Part shown: piece by piece, positions 9,203 through 18,197 of the stretch
How positions within the stretch are numbered: position 1 is the first letter of the stretch
How the letters are laid out: each line of letters starts with the position of its first letter
Source: Oscillospiraceae bacterium
GTDB lineage: Bacteria > Bacillota > Clostridia > Oscillospirales > Ruminococcaceae
Direction: 5' to 3'
NCBI GenBank assembly: GCA_045633415.1
Contig: JAZQYH010000001.1
Location: 938 to 64,937, forward strand
Length of the DNA stretch: 64,000 nt
Program-made: the position numbers and the translations under genes
The notes under the pieces: generated by a model
Database searches by the model: none
Told to the model about the DNA's origin: nothing
What the model saw: the letters and a program-made list of their open reading frames with translations, nothing else

Positions 9203-10126
9203 TTATAATGAGAAAATTGACATCATGTAGTAAATTGCAAAAAGAACAACTACAACTTTGCCTATTTTGCTTGGGCCAGCCTGCTCCAGAATACTGCGGT
9301 AGTATCTGTCCAGATTTTCGCCAGCATCTGATTTCATCTTTTTCAGACGTTTCACAGTGTCTGCTCTGTACATTGGTATAGCGAGGAAACCCCATACAAT
9401 ACCCACAGCCAGTACCAGTGTGGATGTGATAGCTGCCACTGTTTCAATACCAGGGAACAGCAGAGGGGAGCTTGCGCTGATAGCACCCATATTTGCGGCA
9501 AGAATAAAGAATGATGGCAGATTAAGCACAAAGTTGATTACAGCAGCAAGAATAGCATGTTTCCACAGCTTTCTGAACAGAAGCCAGATTGGTGGGAACA
9601 AGCAAGCAGCCCAGTTAAATGGTTTGTATTTAGGGTCCTGCCGCATTCTTTTGAATTTATAGATGTAGTATTGTGCATTCTGACCGATAAATACTGCAAT
9701 ATCTCTGTAAGAAATACCATCAATTTCGCCAGCCAGTTCTCTGTCTACCCGGGCTTTAAATTCTTCCTGACTCATTGTGTAGGCATTAGGAAACTGGTGC
9801 ACTTCCATTCTGCCACCTGGAACAGAATATACCTGTGTAGTTGGATCATTGGTTTTAAGTGCATGACCACAGTTTTCGCAGAACAGAGCGTCCTGTGGCA
9901 TAATGCTGTGACAGTCTGGACATTCGATGCTGCCTGCAGGAATTTCTTTTGCAGGTGCCTGCCATTCATAGCCTTCTTCATGTCTGATTTCGTTCACACA
10001 GTGACCCAATTCACGCCAGCATTCTCTGTGGTGTGGTGTGCCACAATCAGGGCAAACAACAATATCACTGTCTTTATCAAATGGTTTGCCGCATATGTCG
10101 CAAACCAGACCTTCAAATTTAAACAT
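9203..10126 (-). CDS. Membrane protein with an N-terminal RING/PHD-like cross-brace zinc finger, a second zinc ribbon and a DUF2628-like TM domain
   Basis: Start chosen at MFKFEG (AGGAG 7 nt upstream). Finger is CDICG-x12-CPDCGTPHHRECW-x4-HC. Second ribbon is CPDC-x11-CENCG. C-terminal TM helices follow (FNWAACLFPPIWLLF...). Confidence 0.75.
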   Translation of the reverse strand: MFKFEGLVCDICGKPFDKDSDIVVCPDCGTPHHRECWRELGHCVNEIRHEEGYEWQAPAKEIPAGSIECPDCHSIMPQDALFCENCGHALKTNDPTTQVYSVPGGRMEVHQFPNAYTMSQEEFKARVDRELAGEIDGISYRDIAVFIGQNAQYYIYKFKRMRQDPKYKPFNWAACLFPPIWLLFRKLWKHAILAAVINFVLNLPSFFILAANMGAISASSPLLFPGIETVAAITSTLVLAVGIVWGFLAIPMYRADTVKRLKKMKSDAGENLDRYYRSILEQAGPSKIGKVVVVLFAIYYMMSIFSL

Positions 10127-10313
10127 ATATATCTCCTGAAATTGCAAATTATTGCATTAAATGATATTATAGCATATCAACAATATAAATGTAAAGAAAA
10201 CATAACATTATTCACAAGAAAATCATATAATTGGGGGTAAAATATTTACTTTATTTTTAAAATATCTTGTTGTATAATAGTATACTAGATAAATGTGAAA
10301 TATTGGAGAAAAT

Positions 10314-11438
10314 ATGATTTTAATAGACGATTACAAGAAAATTTTAAATGATACAAAGCCACAGATTGCTGAACTTGAAATCAGCACAGGCTATGAAACA
10401 CTGTCTGGCCAGATTGAAGAGCTGGAAATGCACACACAGCAGCCAGATTTCTGGAATGACCAGGAACGTTCCACAAAAATCTTTGCACAGCTGAAAGTTC
10501 TCAAAGATAAAAAAGGTGGTGTGGATGACATCAAATCCACATTCTCTGACCTTGAAACAATGATTGAGCTGTATATCGAACTGGAAGATGAAGAAATGGA
10601 AGAAGAAATTGTTGCTACAGCTGCAGCACTGCAGACAAAGGTAGAACAGCTTCGTCTTACAACACTTCTCACTGGTGAATATGATGCAAACAATGCAATC
10701 ATCACACTTCATGCAGGTGCAGGCGGTACAGAAAGTCAGGACTGGTGTGAAATGCTGTTCAGAATGTACACACGTTACTGTACAAAAATGGGTTGGAAAA
10801 CACAGACTATCGACTATCAGGAAGGTGATGAGGCCGGTATCAAATCAGTTTCTTTCTCTATCGAAGGCAACAATGCCTACGGCTTCCTTAAATCTGAAAA
10901 CGGTGTTCATCGTCTGGTAAGAATTTCACCATTTGACTCTTCCGGCAGAAGACACACATCCTTCTCATCCTGTGAAGTTATGCCAGAAATCGAAAACGAC
11001 ACAGACATCGTTATCCGTGAAGAAGACATTAAAATGGATGTATTCCGTTCTTCTGGTGCAGGTGGTCAGCACGTTAACAAAACATCATCCGCTGTTCGTC
11101 TGACACATATTCCAACAGGTATTGTTGTAGCCTGTCAGAACGAAAGAAGCCAGTTCCAGAACAAAGATATGTGTATGAAAATGCTGAAAGCTAAACTGGC
11201 ACAGATTAAAGAAAGAGAACATCTGGAAAAAATCGAAGATATCAAAGGCGTTCAGAAAGAAATCGCTTGGGGCAGCCAGATTCGCAGCTATGTATTTATG
11301 CCATACACTCTGGTAAAGGACCACCGCACAGGTCATGAAGATGGCCGTGTTGATATGGTTATGGACGGCAACATACAGGCTTTCCTCAATGCTTATCTGT
11401 CAGCAGCTTCCAAAGGTGAACTGGAAAACAATCAATAA
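10314..11438 (+). CDS. prfB: Peptide chain release factor 2 (uninterrupted, no programmed frameshift)
   Basis: 374 aa. SPF tripeptide (RISPFDSSGRRHTSF) and GGQ (SSGAGGQHVNKTSSAVR). SD is GGAGA upstream of the ATG. Confidence 0.95.
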   Translation: MILIDDYKKILNDTKPQIAELEISTGYETLSGQIEELEMHTQQPDFWNDQERSTKIFAQLKVLKDKKGGVDDIKSTFSDLETMIELYIELEDEEMEEEIVATAAALQTKVEQLRLTTLLTGEYDANNAIITLHAGAGGTESQDWCEMLFRMYTRYCTKMGWKTQTIDYQEGDEAGIKSVSFSIEGNNAYGFLKSENGVHRLVRISPFDSSGRRHTSFSSCEVMPEIENDTDIVIREEDIKMDVFRSSGAGGQHVNKTSSAVRLTHIPTGIVVACQNERSQFQNKDMCMKMLKAKLAQIKEREHLEKIEDIKGVQKEIAWGSQIRSYVFMPYTLVKDHRTGHEDGRVDMVMDGNIQAFLNAYLSAASKGELENNQ

Positions 11439-11449
11439 TCAGATAAATC

Positions 11450-11479
11450 AAAAGACTGGTTTTATACCAGTCTTTTTTA
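11450..11479 (+). terminator. Intrinsic terminator after prfB
   Basis: AAAGACTGGT-tttat-ACCAGTCTTT followed by a T-run. Confidence 0.85.
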
Positions 11480-11554
11480 TTGTGGATTTACATCGGATGG
11501 TAATATATGGTAAAATAAAACCATAATAAAATCGTTATAAAAAGGAGAAATACT

Positions 11555-12040
11555 ATGGAATTTGAAAAAGTATTACTTTCCCGTAAATCATGTCGTAAAT
11601 TTACAGACAAACCTGTAGAAGAAGAAAAACTGGAAAAAGTTGTGGTTGCTGCCTCTCTTGCACCACTTGGTCTGCCAAAAATGTGTACACCAGTGCTGAC
11701 AGTTGTTACAGACCAAGATGCACTTGCAGGTCTTAAAGGTATTTATGATGCACCAGCTGTTATTATTGCATCACTGCCAGAATGTCCAGCACCAGGCCTT
11801 GGCGACCAGAACGCTGGCTGTGTTGTTGAAATGATGGCACTTATGGCTACAAGCCTTGGTCTTGGCAACATTTATCTTTATGGCGTTACTAAAAATCTGC
11901 AGGATGATGCAGAAATGATGAAAAAGCTGTCTATTCCAGAAGGCTACACACCACTGGCGGCACTGGCTCTGGGCTATGGCGAAGAGGATGTAGACATCTG
12001 CAAAGAATTTGTTGGTAAACTGAACGTTACAAGAATCTGA
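11555..12040 (+). CDS. Nitroreductase family protein
   Basis: 161 aa starting MEFEKVLLSRKSCRKFTDKPVEEEKLEKVV, the typical nitroreductase N-terminus. Confidence 0.8.
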   Translation: MEFEKVLLSRKSCRKFTDKPVEEEKLEKVVVAASLAPLGLPKMCTPVLTVVTDQDALAGLKGIYDAPAVIIASLPECPAPGLGDQNAGCVVEMMALMATSLGLGNIYLYGVTKNLQDDAEMMKKLSIPEGYTPLAALALGYGEEDVDICKEFVGKLNVTRI

Positions 12041-12047
12041 TTTATTT

Positions 12048-12077
12048 AAAAGAGGAGGCGAAAGCCTCCTCTTTTTT
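12048..12077 (+). terminator. Intrinsic terminator
   Basis: AAAGAGGAGGC-gaaa-GCCTCCTCTTT followed by TTT. Confidence 0.85.
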
Positions 12078-12166
12078 GCTGTATCACCATCACATAAAAT
12101 TCAATTTTAAACACAGGAAAATTGTGGTATAATATGTAAAGAGATTTGAATATAAGGAAATTATAT

Positions 12167-13465
12167 ATGCAAGAAGTTTTTTATAAAGACAGTGACTCCC
12201 CGAAAAGACAACATAATAAAGCAGGGCTGTTTGTAGCTCTGGCGGTTGTTTGCATATGTGCTTTTTCACTGCTGTATAAAAGTTATATTGGTGGTGACAA
12301 AACAGAAACACCATCAGCCAGTGTAAATGCAGATATTCAGAAGGCTTTACCACAGGTATCTGCCACAGTTGAAGACACAACAGGTAAACTTACATCACAG
12401 CAGGCAGAACTTTTGAAAAATTATGCCCAAAGTTATGCCACCACCCTTGCCTATATGGAAGCACAGGATATTTCCGCCTTTTATTCAGATACATCATCAC
12501 GGGAATATATTGTAAATAAAACAGCCTTTGAAGTACTTGCTTCCATACGCAGTATGCGAGAGGTGGATTTATTATTGGAATCAGCCACAGTTGAGTATGT
12601 TGTGGACTTGGTTGAAAACAAATCTGGCGATGTGGTTGTACATCTGAAAGAAAGAAACAGCCAGAAATTTCGCCATCTTCAGCAGTCCTCGGACTCAGCC
12701 AATCTGTACCATAAATTTATTTTGACAGACGTTGATGGCATATGGAAAATCAAAGAGCATTACCACGAAGAAGATTTCTATTTGCTTACAATTGAAGGCT
12801 GGGAAGATGCCACAGGTGAAGACAATGCCCAAAAAGGTGAAAATGCACTGCAGTTAATACTGAAAGATGCAAGGGAAAACATTTCTGACCTATCACAGTT
12901 CCAGCAAGGGACATATTATACAGATTTGAAAGTAGCTGACACCTCTTACAACAGACAGCGGGCAGTGGATTATGCACAGCAGTGGTGGAGTGAAAGAAAC
13001 TACACCACCAGCTATCTGGCATACGATGATTTTGGCGGCAACTGCCAGAACTTTGCCAGCCAGTGCCTTTATGCAGGCGGAATAAATATGGACCACACAG
13101 GCACCATAGACAACCAGTGGAAATTCTACAGCGAGACACTTAACAGCAAGCAGACTGCCAGTGGTCGTTCGTATTCATGGACAGGGGTGGATATGTTTTA
13201 TTCCTATGCTGTGGCAAGTTATAAAAGCGGTCTGGTGTCACTTACTGATATCGATTTTAAATATGCTGAAAAAGGGGATATTATCCATGTTGGTGCTTAC
13301 TATCAATGGCGCCATGCCCTTGTAATTACCGATGTAATGAAAAACGATGACGGCACAGTAAAAGATATTATTGTGGCATCCAACACAGCTGACAGATGGA
13401 ATTACCCACTGTCTGCCTATATCTACACAGCCCCAAGGCTGATACATATTTTAGGACAGAATTAA
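12167..13465 (+). CDS. Membrane-anchored protein with a C-terminal putative amidase domain (Amidase_6-like)
   Basis: Start moved to ATG 12167 (AAGGA 8 nt upstream); the track start at 12146 is TTG. N-terminal TM is GLFVALAVVCICAF. GGNCQNFASQCLYAGG matches the putative amidase domain signature. Confidence 0.7.
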   Translation: MQEVFYKDSDSPKRQHNKAGLFVALAVVCICAFSLLYKSYIGGDKTETPSASVNADIQKALPQVSATVEDTTGKLTSQQAELLKNYAQSYATTLAYMEAQDISAFYSDTSSREYIVNKTAFEVLASIRSMREVDLLLESATVEYVVDLVENKSGDVVVHLKERNSQKFRHLQQSSDSANLYHKFILTDVDGIWKIKEHYHEEDFYLLTIEGWEDATGEDNAQKGENALQLILKDARENISDLSQFQQGTYYTDLKVADTSYNRQRAVDYAQQWWSERNYTTSYLAYDDFGGNCQNFASQCLYAGGINMDHTGTIDNQWKFYSETLNSKQTASGRSYSWTGVDMFYSYAVASYKSGLVSLTDIDFKYAEKGDIIHVGAYYQWRHALVITDVMKNDDGTVKDIIVASNTADRWNYPLSAYIYTAPRLIHILGQN

Positions 13466-13470
13466 AATGA

Positions 13471-13497
13471 AAAGACAGAGCCAGAAGCTCTGTCTTT
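13471..13497. terminator. Bidirectional terminator hairpin
   Basis: AAAGACAGAGC-cagaa-GCTCTGTCTTT, flanked by A-rich and T-rich runs between convergent genes. Confidence 0.75.
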
Positions 13498-13693
13498 ATT
13501 TTACATCTTTAGGTTTGTTTGACCGGAAATCCCATGTTACTTTAAATTCTTTCCAGTTTACCCAGCATGGATGTGGGCAACCAGCACATGCACCGCTGCA
13601 ATCGTTCTGATGTTCGCAAGGATTTTTGCATTTAGTGCAAATGTGACAACAGGTATCATTCCCTTTTGGCAGGGTAAGCCACATTTTTATCAT
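13496..13693 (-). CDS. Small cysteine-rich protein (9 Cys in 65 aa), function unknown
   Basis: Reads MIKMWLTLPKGNDTCCHICTKCKNPCEHQNDCSGACAGCPHPCWVNWKEF... The SD is weak, so coding status is plausible but unproven. Confidence 0.45.
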   Translation of the reverse strand: MIKMWLTLPKGNDTCCHICTKCKNPCEHQNDCSGACAGCPHPCWVNWKEFKVTWDFRSNKPKDVK

Positions 13694-13791
13694 TGTTTAT
13701 TTTATTCCTTTATAGTATAATATAGTGTAGTTTAAATACAGTATATAATAAAATATAAAATAAATCAACAAGATTAAAGACAAGAGGAAAA

Positions 13792-14568
13792 ATGAATTAT
13801 TCAAAAGAAAAACTGCTGGACGTAGCCTGTAAATTGGGCAGAGGTCTATTGGAAAACGGCGGTGAAGTTTACCGTGTTGAACAGGCCATAGCATTTTTTA
13901 TGAAAGCCTATGGCATTGAAGATGCACAGATTTTTGCTATACCAGCTACAATTATTGTAACTATTCCGGGGGATGATGGTAAACCGCTTACACAGCTGGA
14001 ACGTGTTACTTCTATTGCACAGAATATGAGCCGTCTCCATCAGGTAAATGATTTGTCACGCTGGGTTTGTGAAAATACTCCTGACCCGGATGTAATATAT
14101 AAAAAACTGAGAGAAATCAACAATTACAAGCTTTATTCATTCCTTCAGGTTATGATAGCCTATGGTGTGGCATCTGCATTCTTCTGCTATTTCTGGGGTG
14201 GTAACACAGGCGATGCCATCGTGGCCTTTGTGGCAGGTCTTGGCACAGAATACTGCCTTAAATATATGTCAAAGGTAAAGTCAAACATATTTTTCTCAAA
14301 CCTTGTTTCCAGTATGGTAATCGCTGTTATCGCCATTCTGGGTATGGTTACAGGCATCGGCAACAGCATCGATATGATTATCATCGGTGCAATTATGACA
14401 TTGGTACCGGGTGTTGGTATCACCAACATCATGCGCGACATCATCAGTGGTGACGTTATTACAGGTACCAACAAAATTGCCGAAGTTTTACTTATCGCTG
14501 TTGCTATTGCAGTAGGCATTGCACTTCCACTTTCAGCCTTTACAAACATTATGGGAGGTGTATTATAA
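13792..14568 (+). CDS. Threonine/serine exporter family protein (ThrE / DUF1212 part)
   Basis: 258 aa. Cytoplasmic N-domain (LENGGEVYRVEQAI) followed by TM helices. The stop overlaps the start of the partner gene. Confidence 0.8.
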   Translation: MNYSKEKLLDVACKLGRGLLENGGEVYRVEQAIAFFMKAYGIEDAQIFAIPATIIVTIPGDDGKPLTQLERVTSIAQNMSRLHQVNDLSRWVCENTPDPDVIYKKLREINNYKLYSFLQVMIAYGVASAFFCYFWGGNTGDAIVAFVAGLGTEYCLKYMSKVKSNIFFSNLVSSMVIAVIAILGMVTGIGNSIDMIIIGAIMTLVPGVGITNIMRDIISGDVITGTNKIAEVLLIAVAIAVGIALPLSAFTNIMGGVL

Positions 14569-15017
14569 TGGAAATAATGACAGGTTATATTCTCCCGTTT
14601 ATCTATGCTGCAATGGCCTGTGCAGGCTTTTGTGTAATGTACAATCTGCATGATATCAAAATTGCAGTTGCTGCCTGTGTAGGTGGCGGCATTGCCTGGG
14701 TGGCATATCTGCTGTGTGCACCTACCGGCTCCGTAATGGTGCAGAACTTCGTATCTGCCGTTACAGTTGCCATTTTCAGCGAAATTATGGCACGCGTGTT
14801 CAAAACTCCATCCACAGTGTTCCTTATCGTTGGCATTCTGCCGATGGTACCTGGTGGTGGTATCTACTACACAATGAAATACTGCATCGAAGGCAACATG
14901 GATATGTTTGTTTCAAAACTTATCACTACTCTGGGCGTGGCAGGTGCTATCGCAGTAGGTGTTTCACTGGTAAGCAGCGTTGTGCGAATTATAAATGCAA
15001 ATAAATTTGAAAATTAA
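14568..15017 (+). CDS. Threonine/serine exporter family protein (DUF3815 part)
   Basis: 149 aa polytopic membrane protein, translationally coupled to the preceding gene. This is the typical two-gene ThrE arrangement. Confidence 0.75.
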   Translation: MEIMTGYILPFIYAAMACAGFCVMYNLHDIKIAVAACVGGGIAWVAYLLCAPTGSVMVQNFVSAVTVAIFSEIMARVFKTPSTVFLIVGILPMVPGGGIYYTMKYCIEGNMDMFVSKLITTLGVAGAIAVGVSLVSSVVRIINANKFEN

Positions 15018-15043
15018 ATTTTTAAATAAAGGAGATTACTAAA

Positions 15044-15760
15044 ATGAGCGACCACATTAATGCAAAAAAAGGCGATATCGCTGAAAGAATCCTGCTGCCA
15101 GGTGACCCACTGAGAGCTAAATATATCGCTGAAACTTATCTCGAAAACCCAGTATGCTTCAACGAAGTACGTGGCATGTATGGCTTCACAGGTACATACA
15201 AAGGCGTGCCTGTTTCTGTAATGGGTACAGGTATGGGTGTTCCATCCATCCACATCTACGCACGTGAACTGATGACAGAATACGATGTTAAAACACTTAT
15301 CCGTATCGGTACAGGCGGCAGCTACGACGAATCACTGAACGTTGGTGAACTTGTTATTTCCAAAGGTTGCTGCTACACATCTTCCTTTATGGATTATGCA
15401 GATCTGAAAGGAGTTTTCTCTGCTGTTGCTGACCACGGTCTCGTTTACAAAGCAGAAAAACTGGCAGAAGAAATGAACATCCCTGCACGTGTAGGCCTTA
15501 CAGTATGTAACGACCTGCTGTACTTTGACAACAAACCAGAAATCGCAAAACAGTGGAACAAATACGGTGTTATCGGTTCTGAACAGGAAGCTGTTGCTCT
15601 CTATGCACTGGGCAGCCAGTTCCGCACAAAAACACTTATGATTATGTCTGTTGCAGCAAACATCCTGAAGCCAGACCAGCCAGCACTTTCCAAAGAAGCA
15701 AGAGAAAGAGAACTGGACAATATGATCCGTCTTGCTCTGGAAACAGCTGTTGCAGAATAA
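15044..15760 (+). CDS. deoD: Purine-nucleoside phosphorylase, DeoD type
   Basis: 238 aa with HINAKKGDIAERILLPGDPLRAKYIAETYLENPVCFNEVRGMYGFTGTYKGVPVSVMGTGMGVPS. Confidence 0.93.
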   Translation: MSDHINAKKGDIAERILLPGDPLRAKYIAETYLENPVCFNEVRGMYGFTGTYKGVPVSVMGTGMGVPSIHIYARELMTEYDVKTLIRIGTGGSYDESLNVGELVISKGCCYTSSFMDYADLKGVFSAVADHGLVYKAEKLAEEMNIPARVGLTVCNDLLYFDNKPEIAKQWNKYGVIGSEQEAVALYALGSQFRTKTLMIMSVAANILKPDQPALSKEARERELDNMIRLALETAVAE

Positions 15761-15773
15761 TTTATACAAATTT

Positions 15774-15800
15774 AAAGAGAGGCATCTGCCTCTCTTTTTT
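15774..15800. terminator. Bidirectional terminator
   Basis: AAAGAGAGGC-atct-GCCTCTCTTT followed by TTT, between convergent deoD and the repressor gene. Confidence 0.85.
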
Positions 15801-15818
15801 ATTGCTGAATTTCAATAA

Positions 15819-16439
15819 TTACCATTTTGTTTTTGTTTCTACAACCTTACCTGCAATATATACATCATTAAGTTCTTCGCCTGTAATGATTTTTGCTTCA
15901 TAAGCAGGGTTGAAAGGCTGCAGAATAATCATATTGCCTCTTTTTACAAAGCGTTTCAGTGTGCCTTCGTTATCGCCATATACAATTACACCTAAATCAC
16001 CATCGTTTAAAGTGTTCTGTTTATGTACAAGGGCAAGGTCGCCATCTTTGATTCTTGGCTCCATACTGTCGCCTTTAACAATAAGGTAGAAATATTCTTC
16101 AGGGTTGCGTACGTTGGCATATTCCACACCATAGTCGTCGTTGTAAGCCAGTGCATTGTAGCCTGCCTTTACTGTACCGATAATAGGTATAGCATTTTCA
16201 CCACCAGTAATAGCTACTGCATTTTCCACCAGTTTAGAAACACCCAGTAAAAAGTCTACACTTGTACCAAAAAACTCTGCAATTCTGCGCAGTGTTTCGC
16301 TGTCTGGGGTACTTTTACCGGTTTCCCATTTACCTACAGCCTGCTGTGTTACCTGTAACTCCAGTGCAAGCCGGCTCTGGCTCAGTTTGTTTTCCTTACG
16401 CAATTTTTTTATATTTTGGCTGAACAAAATTTTCACCAC
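15819..16439 (-). CDS. XRE-family HTH repressor fused to an S24 (LexA/CI-like) self-cleaving peptidase domain
   Basis: 206 aa. HTH is NIKKLRKENKLSQSRLALELQVTQQAVGKWETG. Ala-Gly cleavage context is IIGTVKAGY. Ser is in KGDSMEP and Lys in AGKVVE. The start is non-ATG (GTG 16439, or TTG 16427), so it is uncertain. Confidence 0.85.
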   Translation of the reverse strand: MVKILFSQNIKKLRKENKLSQSRLALELQVTQQAVGKWETGKSTPDSETLRRIAEFFGTSVDFLLGVSKLVENAVAITGGENAIPIIGTVKAGYNALAYNDDYGVEYANVRNPEEYFYLIVKGDSMEPRIKDGDLALVHKQNTLNDGDLGVIVYGDNEGTLKRFVKRGNMIILQPFNPAYEAKIITGEELNDVYIAGKVVETKTKW

Positions 16440-16589
16440 TTTCAGTTGTAATTCTGACTATATTATACATTATAAAATCGCATTTGTAAACAACTAAAAG
16501 TAGTATTTTGCTCTATAAATTGTGAAATAGCTATTGACAACAACTTTTAGTTGTAGTAATATATAATCAAAGGAACAACTTGTAGTTGT
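16435..16589. promoter_or_regulatory. Divergent promoter region with four 15-bp operators, consensus ACAACT-N3-AGTTGT
   Basis: O1 is 16435-16449 (ACCACTttcAGTTGT), O2 is 16490-16504 (ACAACTaaaAGTAGT), O3 is 16540-16554 (ACAACTtttAGTTGT) and O4 is 16575-16589 (ACAACTtgtAGTTGT). The + promoter is TTGACA 16534-39, 17 nt, TAATAT 16557-62. The - promoter is TTTACA (16490-85), 17 nt, TATAAT (16467-62). Confidence 0.65.
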
Positions 16590-16603
16590 TAAAAGGTGAT
16601 GTT

Positions 16604-16864
16604 ATGAAAATACAGTCTAAAATTTATTTATATAATTTCCTCACAGTAGTTTTTGCTCTTATGACAGTTATCAGCCTTGGTTCTCTGGGTCAGCTGCCAC
16701 TTTATACAGTTGTATCCAACGTTGCACTTTTTGCAATGGCTACATATTTCTGTGTTAATAAAGAAAATCATTATCGTGCAGTAATCAAAAACCGTCGCAG
16801 ACATAAAAAGGTACAGCTTTCTGTTTACAGAGGCAATGGCAAACAGTCTGCCAAAGTTGCATAA
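16604..16864 (+). CDS. 86-aa two-TM membrane protein with a basic C-terminal tail, divergent from the S24 repressor
   Basis: ATG 16604 is preceded by AGGTGA. Reads MKIQSKIYLYNFLTVVFALMTVISLGSLGQLPLYTVVSNVALFAMATYFCV...KNRRRHKKVQL. No family recognised. Confidence 0.6.
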   Translation: MKIQSKIYLYNFLTVVFALMTVISLGSLGQLPLYTVVSNVALFAMATYFCVNKENHYRAVIKNRRRHKKVQLSVYRGNGKQSAKVA

Positions 16865-16927
16865 ACACTACTTTTCCTTTGGTTTTAAGGGCATTACCCT
16901 TATTTAATATTCCTAAACATATTTTAT

Positions 16928-16964
16928 AGCAAATAGACCTGTTTTACAGGTCTATTTGCTTTTA
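16928..16964 (+). terminator. Intrinsic terminator
   Basis: AGCAAATAGACCTG-tttta-CAGGTCTATTTGCT followed by TTT. Confidence 0.8.
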
Positions 16965-16983
16965 TACAGTCAATAATAACTGT

Positions 16984-18129
16984 ATGAAAAATAAATTGTT
17001 ATCTAAAAATTATATTTTAATAGTTGTATCTGCCACATTTTTTTACATCGCTTCCTTTATGCTGAACACAGTATGTGTCAAACATATTACAGACGGTGGT
17101 GATTCACAGTCTATGGCTGGCATAGTAGCGGCAGTGTTTACGCTAGCTTCTTTTTTTACACGTCCTTTGTGGGGATGGGTAACAGATAAAAAGGGGAGAA
17201 AGCTTGTATATATCACAGGCGGAATGTTAAGTATAGCATCTGTGGGAATTTTATTTATCAGCACAGGTGTAGTAATGCTGACTATATCCCGTATTTTGTT
17301 TGGCGCAGGATATTCAGCAGTGACTACATCAGGAGGTACTGTTGTATGTGATGTGGTACCAAAGGAAGATATGCAACAAGGGATAGCTATATATGGAGTT
17401 ACAAATGTTCTTTCGCAGGCAGTGGCACCAGTTGTAGCTTTGTGGCTTTATAAATTAGGTTTTTTCTGGATTGTTCTGGCTGTGACGGTAATTTGCGCCA
17501 TAGCTTTATTGACTGCTTTATTTATAAAATATTCAGAACAACAATTCATAAACCCAGACAGAAAATTTATGCTATACGAGAAATCAGCTATGCCAGCGGC
17601 ATATGTAATAATATTTTTCGCTATGGCAACAGCCTCTGTAAATTCTTTTATTCCCATTATGGCAAGCAAGCGACATCTTACTGCGGACAGCCTGTTTTTC
17701 CTTGTGTCAGCCCTGTTTTTGTTTCTCGCAAGGCTAGTAAACAAAAAGATAACATATACAATAGGCAATATAAAAACTTTCTGTCTGGGGGCAGTGGTGT
17801 ATATTACCTCTTTTCTCATATTGTCTTTTGCCTGCAACAATATTTTTCTGTTGTTATCTGCTGCCCTTTATGGTTGCGGTGCTGGCTTTATACACCCTGT
17901 AGTGAATACTGCGGCTGTAAAAAGCTGCACCGACTCTGCCAGAGGAATAGCCACTGGCACCTTTATGATGAGTCAGGATTTAGGCATGGCAACAGGTGCA
18001 TTTATATGGGGAGTAATCAGCCAGAATTCAGGCTTTGCCGTTGTGTATTTATCTGTTGTTGTTTTGCTGGTTTTTATGACATGGGTATTCAGAAAAGTAT
18101 TGTCTCCTCAGCTGGCTGATAAAATATAA
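16984..18129 (+). CDS. MFS transporter
   Basis: 381 aa with about 12 hydrophobic helices. The loop 2-3 motif WGWVTDKKGRK is typical of MFS. No clear SD. Confidence 0.8.
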   Translation: MKNKLLSKNYILIVVSATFFYIASFMLNTVCVKHITDGGDSQSMAGIVAAVFTLASFFTRPLWGWVTDKKGRKLVYITGGMLSIASVGILFISTGVVMLTISRILFGAGYSAVTTSGGTVVCDVVPKEDMQQGIAIYGVTNVLSQAVAPVVALWLYKLGFFWIVLAVTVICAIALLTALFIKYSEQQFINPDRKFMLYEKSAMPAAYVIIFFAMATASVNSFIPIMASKRHLTADSLFFLVSALFLFLARLVNKKITYTIGNIKTFCLGAVVYITSFLILSFACNNIFLLLSAALYGCGAGFIHPVVNTAAVKSCTDSARGIATGTFMMSQDLGMATGAFIWGVISQNSGFAVVYLSVVVLLVFMTWVFRKVLSPQLADKI

Positions 18130-18197
18130 TTTATACTGTACTATAGCCCTTTTTTGTGATATTATTGAATAAAATAACATTATAGAGAGGTAAAGTT

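Noticed and set aside
10314-11438. Programmed +1 frameshift in prfB
   Set aside because: RF2 genes often carry a CUU UGA C shift site near codon 25. Here the ORF is continuous from an SD-preceded ATG through the SPF and GGQ motifs, and no in-frame UGA or shift motif is present.
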